64,000 nucleotides of DNA from Eledone cirrhosa (taxonomy: Eukaryota): assembly GCA_964016885.1 (NCBI GenBank), contig OZ024741.1, positions 26,598,001 to 26,662,000 of the forward strand, read 5' to 3'. Position numbers and translations under genes: made by a program. The notes below the pieces were generated by a model. That model was not told the DNA's origin and made no database searches. It saw only the letters and a program-made list of their open reading frames with translations. Of the stretch, positions 54,801 to 64,000 are shown piece by piece (positions within the stretch are counted from its first letter, which is position 1; every line of letters starts with the position of its first letter).

Positions 54801-57800
54801 AGTGTATAGTTCACTGTGTAGTGAAACACACTGTACTGGTACATATAGTATATAACAGTGTATAGTTCACTGTGTAGTGAAACACACTGTACTGCTACAC
54901 TACAGTATATAACAGTGTATAGTACACAGTGTATTGAAACACACTGTACAGTACACTACAGTATATAACAGTGTATAGTACACTGTGAAGTGAAACACAC
55001 TGTACTGGTACATATAGTATATAACAGTGTATAGTACACTGTGTAGTGAAACACACTGTACTGGTACATATAATATATAACAGTGTATAGTACACTGTGT
55101 AGTGAAACACACTGTACTGGTACACTGTAGTATGTAACAGTGTATAGTACACTGTGTAGTGAAACACACTGTACCTGTACACTATAGTATATAACAGTGT
55201 ATAGTACACTGTGTAGTGAAACACACTGTACTGGTACACTATAGTATATAACAGTGTATAGTACACTGGGTAGTGAAACACACTGTACTGGTACATATAG
55301 TATATAACAGTGTATAGTACACTGTGTGGTGAAACACTGTACTTGTACATATAGTATATAACAGTTTATAGTACACTGTGTAGTGAAACACACTGTACTG
55401 GTACACTATAGTATATAACAGTGTATAGTAAACTGTGTAGTGAAACACACTGTACTGCTACACTATAGTATATAACAGTGTGTAGTGAAAACACACTGTA
55501 CTGGTACACTACAGTATATAACAGTGTATAGTACACTGTGTAGTGAAACACACTGTACTGGTGCATATAGTATATAACAGTGTATAGTACACTGTGTAGT
55601 GAAACACACTGTACTGGTACATATAGTATATAACTGTATAGTACACTGTGTAGTGAAACACACTGTACTGGTACATTTAGTATATAACGGTGTATAGTAC
55701 ACTGTGAAGTGAAACACACTGTACTGGTACATATAGTATATAACAGTGTATAGTACACTGTGAAGTGAAACACTGTACTGGTACATATAGTATATAACAG
55801 TGTATAGTACACTGTGTAGTGAAACACACTGTACTGGTACATATAATATATAACAGTGTATAGTACACTGTGTAGTGAAACACACTGTACTGGTACACTA
55901 TAGTATATAACAGTGTATAGTACACTGTGTAGTGAAACACACTGTACTGCTACATATAGTATATAACAGTGTATAGTACACTGTGTAGTGAAACACACTG
56001 TACTTGTACACTATATTATATAACAGTGTATAGTACACTGTGTAGTGAAACACACTGTACTGGTACATATAGTATATAACAGTGTATAGTACACTGTGTA
56101 GTGAAACACAATGTACTGGTACATATAGTATATAACAGTGTATAGTACACTGTGTAGTGAAACACACTGTACTGGTACACACTGTATATAACAGTGTATA
56201 GTAAACTGTGTAGTGAAACACACTGTACTGGTACACTACAGTATATAACAGTGTATAGTACACTGTGTAGTGAAACACACTGTACTGGTACACTACAGTA
56301 TATAACAGTGAATAGTACACTGTGTAGTGAAACACACTGTACTGGTACATATAGTATATAACAGTGTATAGTACACTGTGTAGTGAAACACACTGTACTG
56401 CTACACTATAGTATATAACAGTGTATAGTACACTGTGTAGTGAAAGACACTGTACTGGTACATATAGTATATAACAGTGTATAGTTCAATGTGTAGTGAA
56501 ACACACTGTACTGGTACATATAGTATATAACAGTGTATAGTACACTGTGTAGTGAAACACAATGTACTGGTACATATAGTATATAACAGTGTATAGTACA
56601 CTGTGTAGTGAAACACACTGTACTGGTACACTACAGTATATAACAGTGTATAGTACACTGTGTAGTGAAACACAGTGTACTGGTACATATAGTATATAAC
56701 AGTGTATAGTACACTGTGTAGTGAAACACACTGTACTGGTACACTACAGTATATAACAGTGTATAGTACACTGTGTAGTGAAACACACTGTACTGCTACA
56801 CTACAGTATATAACAGTGTATAGTTCACTGTGTAGTGAAACACACTGTACTGGTACACTACAGTATATAACAGTGTATAGTACACTGTGTAGTGAAACAC
56901 ACTGTACTGGTACATATAGTATATAACAGTGTATAGTTCACTGTGTAGTGAAACACACTGTACTGGTACATATAGTATATAACAGTGTATAGTACACTGT
57001 GTAGTGAAACACACTGCACTGGTACACAACAGAATATAACAGTGTATAGTACACTGTGTAGTGAAACACACTGTACTGCTACACTACAGTATATAACAGT
57101 GTATAGTACACTGTGTAGTGAAACACACTGTACTGGTACACTACAGTATATAACAGTGTATAGTACACTGTGTAGTGAAACACACTGTACTGGTACATAT
57201 AGTATATAACAGTGTATAGTACACTGTGTAGTGAAACACACTGTACTGCTACACTACAGTATATAAGAGTGTATAGTACACTGTGTAGTGAAACACACTG
57301 TACTGGTACACTACAGTATATAACAGTGTATAGTACACTGTGTATCGAAACACACTGTACTGGTACATATAGTATATAACAGTGTATAGTTCACTGTGTA
57401 GTGAAACACACTGTACTGGTACATATAGTATATAACAGTGTATAGTACTCTGTGTAGTGAAACACACTGTACTGGTACACTATAGTATATAACAGTGTAT
57501 AGTACACTGTGTAGTGAAACACACTGTACTGCTACACTATAGTATATAACAGTGTGTAGTGAAAACACACTGTACTGGTACACTACAGTATATAACAGTG
57601 TATAGTACACTGTGTAGTGAAACACACTGTACTGGTACATATAGTATATAACAGTGTATAGTACACTGTGTAGTGAAACACACTGTACTGGTACATATAG
57701 CATATAACTGTATAGTACACTGTGTAGTGAAACACACTGTACTGGTACATTTAGTATATAACAGTGTATAGTACACTGTGAAGTGAAACACACTCTACTG

Positions 57801-60800
57801 GTACATATAGTATATAACAGTGTATAGTACACTGTGAAGTGAAACACTGTACTGGTACATATAGTATATAACAGTGTATAGTACACTGTGTAGTGAAACA
57901 CACTGTACTGGTACATATAATATATAACAGTGTATAGTACACTGTGTAGTGAAACACACTGTACTGGTACACTATAGTATATAACAGTGTATAGTACACT
58001 GTGTAGTGAAACACACTGTACTTGTACACTATATTATATAACAGTGTATAGTACACTGTGTAGTGAAACACACTGTACTGGTACACTATAGTATATAACA
58101 GTGTATGGTACACTGGGTAGTGAAACACACTGTACTGCTACACTATAGTATATAACAGTGTATAGTACACTGTGTAGTGAAACACAATGTACTGGTACAT
58201 ATAGTATATAACAGTGTATAGTACACTGTGTAGTGAAACACACTGTACTGGTACACACTGTATATAACAGTGTATAGTAAACTGTGTAGTGAAACACACT
58301 GTACTGGTACACTACAGTATATAACAGTGTATAGTACACTGTGTAGTGAAACACACTGTACTGGTACACTACAGTATATAACAGTGAATAGTACACTGTG
58401 TAGTGAAACACACTGTACTGGTACATATAGTATATAACAGTGTATAGTACACTGTGTAGTGAAACACACTGTACTGCTACACTATAGTATATAACAGTGT
58501 ATAGTACACTGTGTAGTGAAACACACTGTACTGGTACATATAGTATATAACAGTGTATAGTTCAATGTGTAGTGAAACACACTGTACTGGTACATATAGT
58601 ATATAACAGTGTATAGTACACTGTGTAGTGAAACACAATGTACTGGTACATATAGTATATAACAGTGTATAGTACACTGTGTAGTGAAACACACTGTACT
58701 GGTACACTACAGTATATAACAGTGTATAGTACACTGTGTAGTGAAACACAGTGTACTGGTACATATAGTATATAACAGTGTATAGTACACTGTGTAGTGA
58801 AACACACTGTACTGGTACACTACAGTATATAACAGTGTATAGTACACTGTGTAGTGAAACACACTGTACTGCTACACTACAGTATATAACAGTGTATAGT
58901 TCACTGTGTAGTGAAACACACTGTACTGGTACACTACACTATATAACAGTGTATAGTACACTGTGTAGTGAAACACACTGTACTGGTACATATAGTATAT
59001 AACAGTGTATAGTTCACTGTGTAGTGAAACACACTGTACTGGTACATATAGTATATAACAGTGTATGTACACTGTGTAGTGAAACACACTGCACTGGTAC
59101 ACAACAGAATATAACAGTGTATAGTACACTGTGTAGTGAAACACACTGTACTGCTACACTACAGTATATAACAGTGTATAGTACACTGTGTAGTGAAACA
59201 CACTGTACTGGTACACTACAGTATATAACAGTGTATAGTACACTGTGTAGTGAAACACACTGTACTGGTACATATAGTATATAACAGTGTATAGTACACT
59301 GTGTAGTGAAACACACTGTACTGCTACACTACAGTATATAAGAGTGTATAGTACACTGTGTAGTGAAACACACTGTACTGGTACACTACAGTATATAACA
59401 GTGTATAGTACACTGTGTAGTGAAACACACTGTACTGGTACATATAGTATATAACAGTGTATAGTTCACTGTGTAGTGAAACACACTGTACTGGTACATA
59501 TAGTATATAACAGTGTATAGTACACTGTGTAGTGAAACACACTGTACTGCTACACTACAGTATATAACAGTGTATAGTACACTGTGTAGTGAAACACACT
59601 GTACTGGTACATATTGTATATAACAGTGTATAGTTCACTGTGTAGTGAAACACACTGTACTGCTACACTACAGTATATAACAGTGTATAGTACACAGTGT
59701 ATTGAAACACACTGTACTGCTACACTACAGTATATAACAGTGTATAGTACACTGTATAGTGAAACACACTGTACTGGTACATATAGTATATAACAGTGTA
59801 TAGTACACTGTGTAGTGAAACACACTGTACTGGTACATATACTATATAGCAGTGTATAGTACACTGTGTAGTGAAACACACTGTACTGGTACATATAATA
59901 TATAACAGTGTATAGTACACTGTGTAGTGAAACACACTGTACTGGTACACTATAGTATGTAACAGTGTATAGTACACTGTGTAGTCAAACACACTGTACT
60001 TGTACACTATAGTATATGACAGTGTATAGTACACTGTGTAGTGAAACACACTGTACTGGTACACTACAGTATATAACAGTGTATAGTACACTGTGTAGTG
60101 AAACAAACTGTACTGGTACACTACAGTATATAACAGTGAATAGTACACTGTGTAGTGAAACACACTGTACTGGTACATATAGTATATAACAGTGTATAGT
60201 ACACTGTGTAGTGTAACACACTGTACTGCTACACTATAGTATATAACAGTGTATAGTTCAATGTGTGGTGAAACACACTGTACTGGTACATATAGTATAT
60301 AACAGTGTATAGTACACTGTGTAGTGAAACACACTGTACTGGTACACTATAGTATATAACAGTGTATAGTACACTGTGTAGTGAAACACACTGTACTGCT
60401 ACACTATAGTATATAACAGTGTATAGTACACTGTGTAGTGAAACACACTGTACTGCTACACTATAGTATATAACAGTGTATAGTACACTGTGTAGTGAAA
60501 CTCACTGTACTGGTACACTACAGTATATAACAGTGTATAGTACACTGTGTAGGGAAACACACTGTACTGGTACATATAGTATATGACAGTGTATAGTACA
60601 CTGTGTAGTGAAACACAGTGTACTGGTACATATAGTATATAACAGTGTATAGTACACTGTGTAGTGAAACACACTGTACTGGTACATATAGTATATAACT
60701 GTATAGTACACTGTGTAGTGAAACACACTGTACTGGTACATATAGTATATAACAGTGTATAGTACACTGTGTAGTGAAACACACTGTACTGGTACATATA

Positions 60801-62075
60801 GTATATACCAGTGTATAGTACACTGTGTAGTGAAACACACTGTACTGCTACACTATAGTATATAACAGTGTATAGTACACTGTGTAGTGAAACACACTGT
60901 ACTGCTACACTACAGTATATAACAGTGTATAGTACACTGTGTAGTGAAACACACTGTACTGGTACACTATAGTATATAACAGTGTATAGTACACTGTGTA
61001 GTGAAACACACTGTACTGGTACACTATAGTATATAACAGTGTATAGTACACTGTGTAGTGAAACACACTGTACTGCCACACTACAGTATATAACAGTGTA
61101 TAGTACACTGTGTAGTGAAACACACTGTACTGGTACACTATAGTATATAACTGTGTATAGTACACTGTGTAGTGAAACACACTGTACTGGTACACATCTC
61201 ACTAAAGTGTAGTGTACAGTATATAACAGTGTATAGTACACTGTGTAGTGAAACACACTGTACTGGTACACTACAGTATATAACTGAATAGTACACTGTG
61301 TAGTGAAACACACTGTACTGGTACACTACAGTATATAACAGTGTATAGTACACTGTGTAGTGAAACACACTGTACTGGTACACTACAGTATATAACAGTG
61401 AATAGTACACTGTGTAGTGAAACACACTGTACTGGTACACTATAGTATATAACAGTGTATAGTACACTGTGTAGTGAAACACACTGTACTGGTACACTAT
61501 AGTATATAACAGTGTATAGTACACTGTGTAGTGAAACACACTGTACTGGTACATATAGTATATAACAGTGTATAGTAGACTGTAGTGAAACACACTGTAC
61601 TGGTACACTATAGTATATAACAGTGTATAGTACACTGTGTAGTGAAACACACTGTACTGGTACATATAGTATATAACAGTGTATAGTAAACTGTGTAGTG
61701 AAACACACTACTGGTACACTACAGTATATAACAGTGTATAGTACACTGTGTAATGAAATACACTGTACTGGTACACATCTAACTAAAGTGTAGTGTACAC
61801 TACATTACACTTTATTACACTATAGTATACTTCAGTACACTACACTGTACAGTACACTGTACTGTAAACTACAGTATACTACACTGTACTATAGTGTGGT
61901 GTACACACTGTACTGGTACACTATAGTATATAACAGTGTATAGTACACTGTGTAGTGAAACACTGTACTGTTACACTACAGTATATAACAGTGTATAGTA
62001 CACTGTGTAGTGAAACACACTACTGGTACACTATAGTATATAACAGTGTAATAAAACACAATCTACTGGTACACA
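42845..62075. repeat. 19-kb satellite array, 56/57-bp monomer (GTACACTGTGTAGTGAAACACACTGTACTG[G/C]TACA[CTAC/TAT]AGTATATAACAGTGTATA), roughly 340 units, with higher-order block duplications
   Basis: Continuous visible tandem units; identical variant blocks recur at kilobase spacings. Confidence 0.97.
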
Positions 62076-62129
62076 TCTAACTAAAGTGTAGTGTACACTA
62101 CATTACACTTTATTACACTATAGTATACT

Positions 62130-62610
62130 TCAGTACACTACACTGTACAGTTCACTGTACTGTAAACTACAGTATACTACACTGTACTGTACTATAGTGT
62201 GGTGTACTATAGTGTACTGTACTATTGTATGGTGTACTGTAGTTTACTGTACTATAGTGTAATCTACTATTGTGTGGTGTACTAGAGTCTAGTGTACTAT
62301 AGTGTACTGTACTATTGTGTGGTGTACAAGAGTGTAGTGTACTATAGTGTGGTGTACTGTAGTGTACTGTACTATAGTGTACTGTACTATTGTGTGCTGT
62401 ACTATACTTGTGTACTATAGTGTACTGTATTATAGTGTACTGTAGTATACTGTACTATAGTGTACTGTAGTGTACTGAACTATAGTGTACTGTACTACAG
62501 TGTATTGTACTATAGTGTACTGTACTATTGTGTGGTGTACTAGAGTGTAGTGTACTATAGTCTACTGTACTATAGTGTACTGTACTATAGTGTACTGTAC
62601 TCTGTACTGT
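62130..62610. repeat. ~15-bp palindromic sub-repeat (ACTGTACTATAGTGT) tail of the satellite
   Basis: Visible short-period repeats built from the same words as the main array. Confidence 0.85.
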
Positions 62611-62739
62611 TTCACATCTATCTAAAGTCTCAATAAAATATTTAGTAGACAGTTTTCTTTTATTCCATCAACTTATTTACATATTGCTTTTTTTCCAGGG
62701 GGGGGGGGTTATCTCTCTTCCTCCTTCTCCTCTTCCAGT

Positions 62740-63950
62740 ACAGCCATGTCTCTCCTTTATCTTCTCTCCTTCCATCTCTCTCTCTCTTCTCCACTCACTG
62801 TCCCTGTGGCACCCTTCCTCCCACTTTATCTATTATGGTTAACTTCCCTCCTCTCTCTCTCCCACACACACTCTCTCTCTCCACCCTTCTTTCTCTCTCT
62901 CTCACACACACACACTCTCTCTCTCCCACACACTCTCTCTCTCTCTCTCTCTCTCCCACACACAGTCTCACCCTCTCTCACACACACTCTCTCTCCCCCT
63001 TCTCTCTCTCTCTCTCTCCCACACACTCTCTCTCTCTCTCTCTCCCACCCACACTCTCTCTCTCTCTCCCACCCACACTCTCTCTCTCTCTCTCTCCCAC
63101 CCACACTCTCTGTCTATCTCTCTCTCTCTCTCTCCCACCCACACTCTCTCTCACTCTGTCTCACACACACTCTCTCACACACACACTCTCTCTCTCACAC
63201 ACTCTCTCTTCCACACTCTCTCTCTCTCACACAGTCTCACACTCTCTTACACTCTCTCTCCTCTTCTCTCTGGCTTCATCTGAAACCCGAAGACATTAAT
63301 ATTACACCATTGCCTGATGATGTCAGTTTGGCCATTTTTGACATTCACATCATGCAATGGTTGCTGATACACACACACACACAACAACACACATACACAC
63401 ACATGCACACACACACACATACACACACACACACTCAAACACATACACTCATACACACACACACATACACACAGGCATACACACACACACACTCATACAC
63501 ACATACACTCATACACACACACACACACACACATACACACACACACACTCATACACACACGTACACATACACATGCACATACACTCATACACATACATAC
63601 ACACACACATACACTCATACACATGTATACACACATACACACATTCACACACACTCACACACACACACTCAAACATATTCACATCATGCAACGGTTGCTG
63701 ACACACACACACACACATGTACACACATTCACCGGTTGCTGACACACATACACACACACATATACATACTCACACACACACACATTCACATCAAGAAACT
63801 CTCCCTACAATCACACACACACACAAACATACACATGTAACATTTGCTAAGGCACACACACTCTACAATCACACACATGCATACTCACACAAACATATAC
63901 TCTCCATACAGTCACACATACACATATACGTGTACACACACACACATCCA
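62740..63950. repeat. (CT)n/(CA)n compound microsatellite region
   Basis: Visible dinucleotide composition. A (GA)n tract also lies at 17230-17405, and (TA)n tracts occur throughout. Confidence 0.9.
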
Positions 63951-64000
63951 TATCTACTGAAATGTAAATAATTGAGACAAATTTTATGCATTACATACAC

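Noticed and set aside
42863-61708. More than a hundred Cys/Tyr/Val-rich ORFs
   Set aside because: All are frames of the 56/57-bp satellite.
42845-62075. CRISPR-like appearance (GTGAAAC motif, regular period)
   Set aside because: No unique spacers, no cas genes, and a eukaryotic context; it is a pure tandem satellite. It also has no CUGAUGA core, so it is not a ribozyme-bearing satellite.
62746-63971. 364-aa Ser/Leu/His/Thr ORF
   Set aside because: Translation of (CT)/(CA) microsatellite.

Overview
AT-rich, CpG-poor animal genomic DNA dominated by repeats. The RTE LINEs with (CAT/GAT)n tails, tRNA-derived SINEs, Penelope-like fragments and dense (TA)/(CA) microsatellites suggest a cephalopod such as Octopus (inference). 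Almost all ORFs in the supplied track are artefacts of satellite DNA. Gene signal is sparse. A minus-strand gene has a 33-nt first coding exon (30556-30588, MADTDSGQVEE) behind an ETS/E-box/YY1 promoter, and a 48-nt acidic exon (6901-6948) about 23.6 kb downstream. Possible terminal exons of a second minus-strand gene lie at 31.2-31.7 kb. The long intron contains: a Naiad-type Penelope GIY-YIG fragment; several minimal type I hammerhead ribozyme remnants (about 14.8 kb and 25.0 kb, with weaker ones at 15.4, 15.7 and 24.7 kb and another outside the intron at 39.8 kb), some apparently disrupted by local inverted duplications; a CRE-like restriction-like-endonuclease fragment (another lies at about 1 kb); a non-autonomous Helitron nested in a piggyBac-like MITE; a Tc1/mariner-type MITE; and RTE copies. 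The right third of the window is a 19-kb array of a hairpin-rich 56/57-bp satellite with kilobase-scale higher-order duplications, starting inside a retroposon tail.
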